63,609 nt of DNA, filler included, from Olpidium bornovanus S191 (GCA_017911155.1; 26 parts of 26 records of this genome joined end to end with filler, not necessarily neighbours in it), one strand, 5' to 3'. Positions 20,555 to 34,023 are shown, counted from the first letter of the whole stretch. Translations and numbers: made by a program. The notes: a model not told the origin generated them from the sequence alone.

Positions 20555-20843
20555 TTCCCGGCTCGAATCCCAACAGGTTATAAGCCCAAAAGGCCGCGGG
20601 GACAGCTCCGCAGACCCCACCTCACCCCCGCCCCCCCCCACCCGCGGCCTCTTTTCCCGGCTTTAATCCCAACAGGTTATGAGCCCAACAGGCCGCGGGG
20701 ACAGCTCCGCAGACCCCACCTCACCCCCGCCTTCCCGGCCTCTTTTCCCGGCTCTAATCCCAACAGGTTATGAGCCCAAGAGGCCGCGGGGACAGCTCCG
20801 CAGACCCCCCTTACCCCCGCCCCCTCGGCCTCTGTCCCCGCGG
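20555..20843 (+). mobile_element. Three tandem 91-99 bp units, each LTR-like end (...CCCAACA) + half-tRNAiMet PBS (GGTTATGAGCCC) + GC-rich hairpin; copia-type leader relic
   Basis: Units start at 20555, 20654, 20745. PBS at 20576 (GGTTATAAGCCC, 1 mismatch), 20675 and 20766. GGTTATGAGCCC is the reverse complement of the initiator tRNA anticodon arm GGG-CTCATAA-CC. Confidence 0.75.
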
Positions 20844-20899
20844 ACTTCGGTGCACCTAGCGCGGCGGCGGGGGGCTGGTCCTGGTTTCGACACCGCTTG

Positions 20900-21460
20900 A
20901 CCAGGACTGGACTGGTCGCGTCACAGACCAAACAGCCTAGCCGTCGCGGATGCTTCGTTGAAGGACTGTCGTTTCGCTCAACGGCCGAGAATATACATTC
21001 CTGATCTCTCCGGGGTCGGAAACCCGCAATCTTCGGCCCGGCGGGAGACCGGATCGTCGCCCTTTCGTTCGGTGTCCCCGAGAACGAGGACGGCCCAAAG
21101 CCGCCCGACCGCGGATTCCGACTTCCGGTTGACGGTAACGCGGCTGCTGAGCTTGGACGGTGGTCGACCTTTTTTTCCAAGATGTTTCACGGGGCGCGCC
21201 GACCGAACGGGCCTAGCCGTCACGGACGCTTCGTCTCAGGATTGACGTCGGATCAGTTTTTGCTCGCCGCCCGAGATCTTTCATCCCTCATCTCTCCGGA
21301 GTTGGGGACGCCGATCTTTTGTACCGGCGAAGATACCGGATCGTCGCCGTCCCGGTCGGTGACCCCCCGAAAACGAGGACGGCCCAAATCCGCCAGACTG
21401 CGGACTCCGATCTCCGGTTGGCGTTGCGGGCGTCGAACGGTGGGGGTAACCTTATTCGGC
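20900..21460 (+). repeat. Diverged two-copy direct repeat, ~280-290 bp period
   Basis: Shared blocks: cctagccgtc(g/a)cgga(t/c)gcttcgt (~20936/~21213), atctctccgg (~21004/~21290), accggatcgtcgcc (~21048/~21335), aacgaggacggcccaaa (~21082/~21372). Confidence 0.85.
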
Positions 21461-22216
21461 GATGTTTTGCCCCTTCCCCAAACCAAAATTCTGTGATGTT
21501 TCCTCATAGCAAAAATCGGGGGCGAATGTGGGGGACGGTCCTCGTTTGGTGGCTACTCCGATATGGTTTTTTTTCTCCTCCCTTGCGATTTTTCTATTGT
21601 TAGGACTCATTTGAGGGTCTTCGTTGCGCATTTCTTCGGCATTTTCCTCTGGCGGGCCGATTGCCCGCACCCCGACGTAGACACGACGATGTTTACTATA
21701 CAACATAGAATTGTACTATTATATGTTGGTACTCCACCAGGTCCCGACCCCTCCAGTGAAAAAAGCACAAAAAGCACACCGGCGTGCGAAAAAAAAAACA
21801 CACTTATACATCATCACTCCGACAGAAGACGCCCATTTAGACCATACTTGACGGCTCTGGGGAAAGACCAAACGTGATCGGGATGGAAGATTTCAGTTGA
21901 TTCGGCCAGTTGATCGATGTCCGATACAGCTCCGGGAGCGTGCATTTGTGGAATGCCGTTGCGTCGATCTAGCAAACGAGCCGTCCAAAAGTTGTGTTGG
22001 CGAACGCGGGCAGAGAGGCACGGCAGATAATTTGCGCAGTGGCCCCTGGCCAGTCACATCCAAGTGCCTGCCGCGCCCCTTGGCCAGACAGAACGTTGTT
22101 TGTGATTATGTACATGNNNNNNNNNNNNNNNNNNNNNNNNNNNNNNNNNNNNNNNNNNNNTTAATTAATTAANNNNNNNNNNNNNNNNNNNNNNNNNNNN
22201 NNNNNNNNNNNNNNNN

Positions 22217-22289
<73 letters not shown>

Positions 22290-22310
22290 GGGGGGGGGGG
22301 CCCCCCCCCC

Positions 22311-22351
<41 letters not shown>

Positions 22352-22471
22352 GGTTGAAGAAAACCCCCCGGCCCCTACTTGCTGGCCGGACGGCCCCCCT
22401 TTTTTCCCGTTCAACCCAGCCGGTCCCCTTCCCCGCACCGCCGACACCCGACCCCCGGGACACATTTTCTC

Positions 22472-23641
22472 ATGTTTCCAATGACCGGGGAGTCGCCGTC
22501 GTTGCCGTCGCCGGCCGCCTGCGGGCCGCCGCCGCGCCCCGCGCCGCCCGCCCCCGCCCGCGACGGCCGGGACCGCCCGCTGTGGCCCGTCCTCGCGTGG
22601 GCCGCCATGGCCGCCGCCAGCGTCGCCGTGTCGGTGGCGCCTGCGTTCTGCTCAGCGTTCGCGCCGCCGGCTCTGCCCGCCGGCCCGCCGACGCCGGACG
22701 CCGTCATCCTGGAGCCCGTGCCGGTGCTCGCGCCCTTCGTGCCGTCCACGGAGGTGCTCACCTCCTACGTGTCCTACGACCGCGACGGAGACGTCGAAAC
22801 CCAGGCGGACCTCCAGATCAAAACCAAGGGCAACGCCACCGGCGCCTTGAGCCTGGATGCCATGGGCGCCGTCTCGCGCGTCTGGTGCACTGACGACGGC
22901 GACCTGCGCCGGATCAAGCTCTCCTCCCGCCGCTTCGCGAAGTCCGTCGCGGCGACGTGGGCGCCGGGCTTGCTGCTCATGGTTTCCCACCATTGGGGGT
23001 GCGGCGACGGCCCCGCCGAAGTGCACTTCCAGCTCCTCGACGAGCCGCCGAAGGTCGACGACAAAAGTTTAATGGTCGACCTGAAGGCGCGGCGTGTCGC
23101 GGACCCGGCACCGTTCATCGACTCGTTCGACTTGAAGGTCGGGAAGCCTGATCAGCAGGTTCGGCGCATGGCGAAGAGGGGCCTGTCTATGAACAGGCCC
23201 GAATTTCTCAACATGGTGAGCGCCCGCCCGTTGGGAGGCGGCCGGTGTGGGTTCGGCGGAGCCGCGCCGGCGTTTTGGCGGGCTCGGTCTGACCGTATTT
23301 GCCGTCTCCACCCACGTTCGTTGTCTAGACGCTTGATTTGCTGTACGACAAGGAAACGGGCAAATCATCGTGGCCCGATATCCAGATGGTCGCAGCCAAC
23401 TGGTGGGAACCGAATTTTGAAGTGGCGTGCGCCAACTGCTACGTGAGTCTCGTTCGTCGGTGGTCTTGCCCCTACGCTGCCCTCGCCCTGTGTTCTGACG
23501 TCACCTTGCTGTCACAGAGCCATGGTCGTCTGAAAGTCGGCCTTCGAGCGAAGGGCTCGCTGACCAACCTAGAAATTCTCACCGTGGAGTTGCACGGGGA
23601 CTGGACGCTTAACCTTGAGATGAGCGGTGCGTTGGCCCGAC
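22472..23641 (+). CDS. Probable secreted or membrane-anchored fungal protein (DUF7029/DUF7223-like cell-surface family; tentative) (3' partial)
   Basis: Hydrophobic N-terminal segment LWPVLAWAAMAAASVAVSVAPAFCSAFA. Motifs F...AATW..GLLLMVSHHWGCG and ACANCY|SHGRLKVG...VELHGD. GT-AG introns near 23216 and 23443; high GC3. Confidence 0.55.
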
Positions 23642-24284
23642 NNNNNNNNNNNNNNNNNNNNNNNNNNNNNNNNNNNNNNNNNNNNTTAATTAATTAANNN
23701 NNNNNNNNNNNNNNNNNNNNNNNNNNNNNNNNNNNNNNNNNAAAAAAAAAAAAAAAAATGAAAAAAATGAAAAAAATGAAAAAAAAAAAAAAACGCGCGC
23801 GCGCGCTCGCTCCCCACCCCCCGGACGCGCGAAAATCCGGATGCGCGCCCGCCGCCGCTCTCCCTCCCCTCTTCCCATTTCCTCCCCGGCCAGAAAAAGA
23901 GAAAAGAGAACGGAAAACGAAACCACCACACCCCCCCCCGGCGTCGGCTGAAACCCGGCGATTTTACCCGCGCACCCTCGGCGTGCGGCGCCAGCCGAAG
24001 CAACCGGAAACCGCTTCCCGTCTGCCGGCCGCTGCGGGGGCCGAGGCGGCGGCGCCGCGAGGGGGCGTCTCCCCCCCTCCCTGACGCCGCCCCCCGGTTC
24101 CCCTTTGAAAGAGGTGGGGGGGGGTCTCCTGCCCGACGTGGCCCGCGAACCTGCCGCGACACATCGGCGATCACCCCCACCCACTACGCCGCCCTCCCGC
24201 CAACCTTTCCGGAACGCGCATATCCGGATCACTCTTCACCCCTTCCCCCACCTCTCCCCCGTCCGGCGGGGGCTCGCATTCGCC

Positions 24285-26079
24285 ATGTCCTCTTTCCAGT
24301 TCGGGAGCTTCCAATATTTCTGCGAGCAGGTTCCGCTGACGGGTGCGTCCACGCGGGGAAGAAAAAGGGAGGTGTAGTCTCCTGCTTGCGTCGGAGATCC
24401 ACGCCCCAGCGGATCGGACACGTGGGGCGCGCGTTATAACGGGCCGGTCGGGAAGCCGGCTGACGCCAGACCCACAGTTAGCAGTCCGTAATCTGGCGAT
24501 CGCGGTGCTCACCCCAGCGCACGTCTGCCTCAGTATGCTCGCGTCTAGGTAACGGGGAGGGCATCGTGCCCCAATGCTACGCGAGAGACGTCCGGTTGTT
24601 CGGATATCCGGTCTTCCAAATATGTGAGGACAGGCATTCCCACTCCGCTTAGGTTTGCCCGCGCCTCCCGATTTCCGTCCGAGCCCGGCGCGTTTTCAGC
24701 TTATGCCAAACGCAGGGCTAACCAAGGAAGCCGCTTGCTCAAACGGACTTGGTGTGCTCCAGTCACACTGATCTTCCACGTAGGAGCGTTGCTCATGACA
24801 GTAATCATGGCTGCCAACGTGAATTCGAAGTACACCGCGGTTGGTACGACGCCCGCGATCAACCGTTTGCCGCCGCCTCCTGTTTGGGCGAGTTTTTGAA
24901 CCGCTCGACCGATGGCTTGTTCGTTTTAGGAAGAAAGGAAATTTTAATGTTCTTCTACCTCTACATTGCCTGTACGGTGCTCGAGTTCCTTCTCCTCAGC
25001 AATCTTGTGCCGCTCGTGAGCGATAGCTACCCGGTGTGAGATAGCCTCTGGATGTGGTCGTTTTATCCCCCCAAGCCAGTAAGGGCTAACGAGCGCCATT
25101 TGCCGACCCCTCTCGGATTGTTTCCAGTACTTCGCCGCCGCGCACGTCGGGATGATCTCGGCGACGTGTTGGTGCCTGCTCCTAAACGGCTTCGTCGGCT
25201 TCCAGTTTGCTGAGGACGGCACGCGCCGCTCAATCTGGTCGTTCAGGGTCTCGTCCGCGGCCGTGTTCGCCGCCGGTTTCTTCGTCGCGGTCGCGACGCT
25301 CCAGGGCTGGGCCGGCTTCTCCCCGGCATCGCCCATCGCGCTGTGGATCGTGTACTTCGTCTTCAACGGCACCGCGTTGGCCGCCTACCTCGCGTTGCAG
25401 GTCATCTTGGTCATCAACACGCTGTCGGACCGATGGCCGCTTGGTGCGTTAAGGCGCTCGGGCGATTGTAATATCGCCGTGCGAATGGGCGTCCGCGCAG
25501 CTGTTGCCATTTGCTGGGCGCGGGCTCTCCCTGTTGATTATGACCTGTTCGGCCGGTTCGCGGCAAACAGGCGGACTCGGCGTCGGAGCAGTTTTCTTTT
25601 TCCTCGCGCTGGCCTTCCTCTTCGTGACTTCCCCTGGAATATGCCAGCTGGCCGATCGGTACGTCGACGGGTTGGCATTAGGTACCGCCTGCAACCTCCT
25701 AGCTGTGATGATGGTTTACAAGGTAAACGACGGTATACGGCTCGCGATTACAGCGTCATGCGACTCCCTCGTGCAGCCCGCTAAACGCACACCCCCCACC
25801 CCACCAAACGGTATCGCCTTACAAACACCGCCGTCACAAAACGCCCGTCGAAAGTTTTGGGACTCGATCACGAAGGAGGACCTTGAGTTTTCTGTCGGCG
25901 GCGGGAATAAGAATCCGTGGAAGATCACCAATCCCCTGCTTGACGACTCCGACGAAGAAACCGAGACTGGAAGCTATTCCCCCGCGCTCGACTTCTTTGG
26001 TTCCAGCGAGGTATCCAGGTCGTCGGTGCTGTTGTCCCCCCCCCTGCTCTGCAAGGCCCCCGAGCCGATATTACGTTGA
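24285..26079 (+). CDS. CHS7: Chitin synthase III export chaperone Chs7 (7-TM), multi-exon
   Basis: FGSFQYFCEQVPL, GIVPQCYAR, SKYTAV|GRKEILMFFYLY, CLLLNGFVGFQFAEDGT, LQVILVINTLSDRWPLG, YVDGL..GT.CNLLAVMMVYK|FWDSITKEDLEFSVG. Confidence 0.96.
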
Positions 26080-26550
26080 CCCCGTGGTACCCGCGTGACA
26101 TTTTCCAACTTCGGACTTCGTGTACCGCCATTTTTTCCTTCTTTTTTGCACCTTGTTCACGTAGCGCGCTCGCACTTGCCTCAGTTGAAGGTTTATAACC
26201 AACTATCTATTGTTATTTACGCATTTTCTATTCACGGCTATTATGTAATCTCGTTTCTTGGTTTTTTTTTTATGGGTAGCCTTTCGTAAGACGCCGCGGG
26301 CCTGTATGCTCGGCGCCATAGGTAGTGTCAAGGCTTCCGCCTTTTTCCGGTTTGCGCAGCTCTCGGCCGCATAGAGCGCATCCAGTGTGGTATTACGGCA
26401 TTACCACGAGAGAGAGAGAGAGACATTGAGAAGAGCGATAACGTGTGGTGCCGCAGGAAGAGCCAAGAAACAACCGACGAAGCCAACGAGCGTTGAGGGC
26501 GTGAAATCACCAGGAAAAGCGCGGGGGAAACGACCCCGCTAAAAGGTCCG

Positions 26551-26562
26551 GGTCACGTGACC
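26551..26562. promoter_or_regulatory. Perfect 12-bp palindrome GGTCACGTGACC (E-box) upstream of RPA2
   Basis: About 200 bp upstream of the inferred ATG at 26758. Confidence 0.45.
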
Positions 26563-26757
26563 GTGCACGGTCTGGCGGCGTTTTTGGCGTTATTCCCCTT
26601 TCGCCCCCCCCCCCGGCCGGCGCCGCAACACCAAAACCAACGCCCTTTCCAGGGCGACCCCGCCGGAAAACCGGAACTTTTTGCGCGGACGACCGAGAGC
26701 GCAGTTTTGAAACGGGGCCACCCCCGGTTTCTGGAGCAGAGCCGAATAAAAAAAAAG

Positions 26758-26867
26758 ATGTCCGGTGTGTGTGTGTGAGTGTGCGTTTGTGTGTGTGCGT
26801 GCGTGTAAGCGAGGTCGCCGCTTGCAAGGAAGGGACGGCAGGGCGAAATTGCGGGGGGGGGGGGGGG

Positions 26868-26898
<31 letters not shown>

Positions 26899-28987
26899 GG
26901 GGGGGGGGGGGGGGGGGAATGGGGTGGTGGTTGTGGGAAGGAGAGACAGAGGAGCCCGGGACTGGTCGGGCGAAAGGGACATGCGCGGAGGGGCGGAGAA
27001 CAGGAGTTTGCCGGGTAGGCGCGCTGGCTGTCTCCGCCTCTTCTCCAGCAAGGGTTACTCTGCTACCCACTTCACCTCGAAGCGTTTTTCTTTCTTTTCC
27101 CATTCGTCCCTTATGCCGCGCGAGGGAAGCTTGGTTTGGAACGCAGGAAACGGAGACGCGAGTTTTTCGGCAACACTTTCTCTATTCTGTGCCTTTCCTA
27201 CGTGTCGCGCGTTTTTTTGACCCGTCTGTCCACTACCAAAATCTTACCACCCCCCCCCCTCCCCGCCTTCGCCGGACCCCGATTTCATTGCCAAATCTCT
27301 TTCTTTCGCCTCGCTTTCGCGAACGGCACAGGGTATGGTTACGGTTACGGCTCTGCCGCTGGGCAGACGGGCGGCGGCGGCGGACACGGATACGGATACG
27401 ATTCCCCGGGAGGGGGTGGCAGCGGCTTTTTTGGCGGAGCCGGTGGCGGCGGCGGGATGACGGGCGGAGGGTTCTCCAGTTCCCAAGGTGACTCTCCAGG
27501 GTCGAAGGTGGGGTTATTTCCTTTCGCCAGCTCGCGAAAATAAACCCCCCACGGGGCGCACGCTTTTTTTTTCAATTTGTGCGCCAGAGCGAATTTGCCA
27601 GGCTGGACGGGGGAAAAGAGAGAAGAGCGCGCCGCAATTTTCTGCTGACACCGTTGGTTTCGCGGGAACGCGCGGGGTGGCCGGGGTATGGGGCAGCGGT
27701 CTGGGTTGGCAAACCAATCGCTGCGCCCGGTGACAATCAAGCAGCTCACGGACGCCTCCCAGATGCATCCGGACGCGCCGTTCAAAATTGACGACAGCGA
27801 CATATCGCAGGTGAGGGGTTGGGTGCAAGCCCCAGTCACCCTCCGAGGGGTGTTATTAGCCCCGGGGGACACTTTTGGACACTTTATGTGCAAAAAAAAG
27901 ACGGCCAGGGGCTTTCCAACGCGTAAAATTGGGGGAACGAAGCTGGAGGTTGAAATTCGGGTGATGCACCGGCAAAAAGCCTTCTTCTCCCTTCCCTCTC
28001 TGACCGCCTCCGTTTCCCGACATTTCGCGTGCGCTTTTGTGCGCAGGTCACGTTTGTCGGCGTCATCCGGAGGGTGAACGAGCAGGCCACCAGCGTCGCA
28101 TACGACGTCGAGGACGGGACGGGAGCAATCGAGGTCCGGGTGTGGGTGGAAGCGGACGAGGGGAACGAGTTCGCGGCCCAGCGCCGGGCGGAATGCTGCG
28201 TCGAGATGTGGGTGCGCGTCGTCGGCCAGCTGCGCTCGTTTCAAAACAAGCGGAACGTCATGGGATACAGCGTCCGTCCCATCAAGGACTTCAACGAGAT
28301 CACCTTCCACCTTCTCGAGTCCATATCCGTTCACCTGTGGATGACGAGAGGTCCGCCGCCGGTAAAGTATTTCCGATAGTATCTACCGCTTTTCGTTCGC
28401 ACGAAGAGAAGCGAGAATTTCACTGGGCTTCTCACTCTCTCCCTTTCTCTCTCTGTCGACCCTAAACGTGCTTTATATGTGCACTCCGGACTTCCAGTCC
28501 ACGAACGTCACGTCCGGCGCCGTCGGGTACGGGCAGGTCGGCAGCGGCGCCGCCGGTGGCCCAACCAGGGGAGGTCAGGGAATGCAGGACAATCCCGGGC
28601 AGGCCGGTTATGGATACGGTGGCGGCGGCGGGATCGGAGGACAAGCTGATTACGGCGGTTTTGGAAGCGACTTCTCGCCAATCCAACAGCAGGTCCTGCA
28701 GTGCGTCAAGCAGGCAAGCCACCTTAACGAGGGTATTCACGTCAACCAGCTGAGCATGCAGTTGGGTCCCCAGTTCGGTCAGACCAATATTCAGTAAGTT
28801 TTTTCTTTATTGTTTTGAAAGGGAGTCGGTTTTGGCCTGCAATCTGTGTCTGGAGGACGGTCGTTGCCTCTCTCAACTCCTGCGCAATTCCCCATTTTAT
28901 AGGCGGGCGATCGAGTGGCTGATCAGCGAGGGCCATCTGTATTCAACGATCGATGAGGATCACGTCAAGTGCTGCGCTGATTCCTGA
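26758..28987 (+). CDS. RPA2: Replication protein A 32-kDa subunit (Rfa2), apparently complete, multi-exon
   Basis: First coding exon ATGTCCG|GT joined to 27332 gives MSGYGYGYG. SLRPVTIKQL, VTFVGVIR, EDGTGAIEVRVW, VRVVGQLRSFQNKR, DFNEITFHLLE. Winged-helix end AIEWLISEGHLYSTIDEDHVK; TGA at 28985-28987. Confidence 0.95.
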
Positions 28988-29152
28988 TCACATTGTCATT
29001 TTTTCAAAAGACCGAAGGACAAACTTCGCCCCTACGGCATCCCCCCCCCCCCNNNNNNNNNNNNNNNNNNNNNNNNNNNNNNNNNNNNNNNNNNNNTTAA
29101 TTAATTAANNNNNNNNNNNNNNNNNNNNNNNNNNNNNNNNNNNNNNNNNNNN

Positions 29153-31021
29153 ACATGGGTAGAAATTATTATTAAACCACCTCCCAGCCCGTGAGCCCCT
29201 TCGTAGAAGCTCTGCACATTCTCCAATGGTAGGGTTACGGTGTGCGCAACACATTAAGACGCTAATTGCAACACGGGTGTCACGTGGAAAACGTTTCTTG
29301 GCATATATCCTGACCGAGTACGCCCACGTGTTCCGTTCGGTCTCGTCCCAACGGCCGGCATACTTGTTGGGAGCGGGTATCTTGAAAGCGGCGTGGTGCT
29401 CCGGTCTGGGCTCGCCTGGAGTGTTGCTTATGTTGAAGGCCGATTCTAATGCCGCATTACATTTTTCGAGGGCATGGAGGCATCCCAGTTCTTGGTTCAT
29501 GGCTTCCTCCATGGTGACGCCGGCATTGGGTGGGACCGTTGGGACCGGCCATGGTGCTGGCACGGGAGTGGGGGTCTTGATACGGAAGTCTTGCCTTTTG
29601 TACGTGTGATGCTGGAGAGGCTTGGGACCAATCGGAAATCGGCACCAATGTATGTGCCGGAACTGAGTTGTCTGTGCGTCAGCGTGAGGACAAGGAATAA
29701 TGAGGACCAGTACTTGCCGGGAGCCCTTCTCTCTTGTGATGCGCGCGCGCGCCTCGGGTTCCGTCCGGGGCCGCCACGGCAGGCGCCCTTGCGGGCCAGG
29801 GTGACGTGGCCCGGACCCAAACCCCCCGACAACCCCCCGAGAACCCCGCGTGTGCGGCCCGCCCGCCAACGCACTCTGCGGCGGAACCCGCGCGGAGACA
29901 AGCGAGACGGAGGGGCCAACCAGCGACCATGGGCGCAGACCGCGCGACAGCCCGCGCGATGCGCCCAAACGAAGGAGACGGCGACCACGGGAGGAGCCCG
30001 CGTGGGGACCCGCGCGGATGACCGTCGAGACGCGCGCGGGCGCCTGAGAAGCGCAGCGCAGCGCAGCACGGCGCCTAGTGCACGCCGTCGCATAAATAGG
30101 GCCCAGTGTCCCATCTCCATAGTACCTTAGACGTTCACGCTTACGCTCACCGCTCACCGGCACCCCTCCGTACCCTACTTGCTCGTGTACCTTACCTACA
30201 CGTAGTCAACTTGAACTTGAATATAACGCTTCATACCTCGCGACCTCCTTTGACAAAAGGACCTGACCGCGGCCTACGAAGCGCGACTTGAACCTCCACA
30301 GTACATCTCTTCATGAAGAGTAGAAGGGGCGCGCGGACAGTTCCAAAATGCTTGATTGGAATTTCAAAACTCTTGGCCAAAACGCCGGAGCCGGAGAGTT
30401 GCGAACCGGAGGCCGTGTTAGTGTGCGTCAGCGGCACCGATAACGGAGCAGGGCGTTGGCACGGCACGACGCGGGCAAGACTCGGACAGGACAAAAGACC
30501 AAAGACCACGTGACGCCACACGCTGCGCTGGTCGATGGTGGGAACCGGGACGGGGACTGGAAAGGAGACCGGGGCGGACACGGTCCCTTTCAGGTCGTCA
30601 CATGCGTTGCTACCATGTAAGGTCCGTAATGTTTGTGTTGGTAAATAAAAGGGAAAAGGGGGGAAAACAACGGGGGGGGAAAAGGGGGAAAGGGGGAAAG
30701 CGGCCGCATCACATCTGTTCTTCTGCGGGAGTCAGAAGGGGAAAAAAATTTTGGCCTCGTGCGTCAAAGAACGACGAGGAACATCTGGGGGTTTTTTTCC
30801 GATGAATTCGATTTTCCCCCGCACGTCACGGAATGCCCCCAGACAAGTCAACGTCCACCAGCGTTGTAATGACTGGCCATCATCGTTTTTGCTTCGGCAC
30901 CATGAAGGTCTTGACGATGTCCACGGACAATCCTGATAGCACGTCCGCGGGCACGATCGTCGCGGGTCATCCGTTGGCTTCCCTGTGTCCTACGTGTGAG
31001 GATGAGTGTTGAAACCCGCAC
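29153..31021 (-). mobile_element. Ty3/gypsy LTR retrotransposon 5' part: LTR end, tRNAiMet PBS, ~1.1-kb leader, gag N-terminus
   Basis: Minus strand ...CCTTACA|TGGTAGCAACG (LTR end at 30616, PBS 30605-30615; plus strand CGTTGCTACCA resembles an initiator tRNA 3' end). gag-like FKIPAPNKYAGRWDETERNTWAYSVRIY from ATG 29512, then degenerate. Confidence 0.75.
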
Positions 31022-31223
31022 NNNNNNNNNNNNNNNNNNNNNNNNNNNNNNNNNNNNNNNNNNNNTTAATTAATTAANNNNNNNNNNNNNNNNNNNNNNN
31101 NNNNNNNNNNNNNNNNNNNNNCTTAAAATTTTTGCTTTTTCGCTGTTTCCTCGGTTCTGCTTTTCCTTTCCCCCTCTCGTTGGGCGCTTGCTTCTTCCCT
31201 CTTTCTTTGGGTGCTGCCCTTAG

Positions 31224-33065
<1,842 letters not shown>

Positions 33066-34023
33066 CNNNNNNNNNNNNNNNNNNNNNNNNNNNNNNNNNN
33101 NNNNNNNNNNTTAATTAATTAANNNNNNNNNNNNNNNNNNNNNNNNNNNNNNNNNNNNNNNNNNNNGACAATCCTGAAGGAGGCGGCAGGGACGAGGATG
33201 CTCCTCCCCCTTCAGATCGCGTCACACGGTCGCAAGCTTGCGCCAGCCGCGCCTCCGCATCGACGACCAGACACGCGCCTGCCTCGGTAACATCCGGTTC
33301 CTCCTCCGCCTCCACAACACGTTGCAGGATTGCGACTGCTACCGCCCCCAGCAGTCATCGCAGCACACGGTCGCAGACATCCGCCGCCGCCCTTCCGTTG
33401 TCGACCTCCGCCTCTTCGGTTCTCATGCCCCTTGCTACCAGCGAGCCTTCTTCAGTGACTGCGCCCGCGCCGCCATCTACCAGCGGATCTTCCTCGGCGA
33501 CCGTTGCTTGCGGCGGGTCTTCCTCCAGTGGCAACGCGTCGGCTCCCGGCTCGGCAGCAGCTGATATGCCGCCCGTTCCGTAGTCGCGAGGCCACTCCCC
33601 TTTCTCCTTCCCTCCAGAGGGAAACGAAATAAAAAAAAACCTTGAGTACGGTGGAATTTCGAGATCAAGTTTTGGAATTTGGTCTTCGCATTTGGTAGTC
33701 GAAACTTGGTCACCCTGCCTCTTTCATTTGAGACCGCCGCCATCCCTTCCTCGCCTTCAACCTGACGTTTGGAGCCTCGAGGCGCCACATTCCCTCTCAT
33801 CGACCTTTTCGTTCATAACGCCGCAGATAGCACTGTCAGCAAACGTGGTCGATGAGCAAGTATGGTCCGGTCCCGAGTGCGTCCTCCGGCAATTTTCCAC
33901 GTCCCACGCTGCACGACTTTTTATTTGTCCCGCGTCTCCCGATGGGTATCCAACGATCATAAACTGCCTACGTATCCTCGACGAGGAATCAGGGCGTCGC
34001 AGTTCGAATACGCTCGCTACGTG

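Noticed and set aside
20555-20843. CRISPR array or self-cleaving ribozyme array
   Set aside because: Units are contiguous tandem copies without unique spacers; no cas genes; eukaryotic context; no hammerhead (CUGAUGA/GAAA) or HDV core found.
30080-30256. Plus-strand solo LTR (ATAAATA ... TTTGACA) inside the gypsy leader
   Set aside because: No matching TG start, target-site duplication, PBS or PPT could be found.
33167-33583. Ser/Thr/Ala-rich reading frame ending at 33583
   Set aside because: Low complexity, no start and no family signal; could be a gene tail or retroelement-derived sequence.
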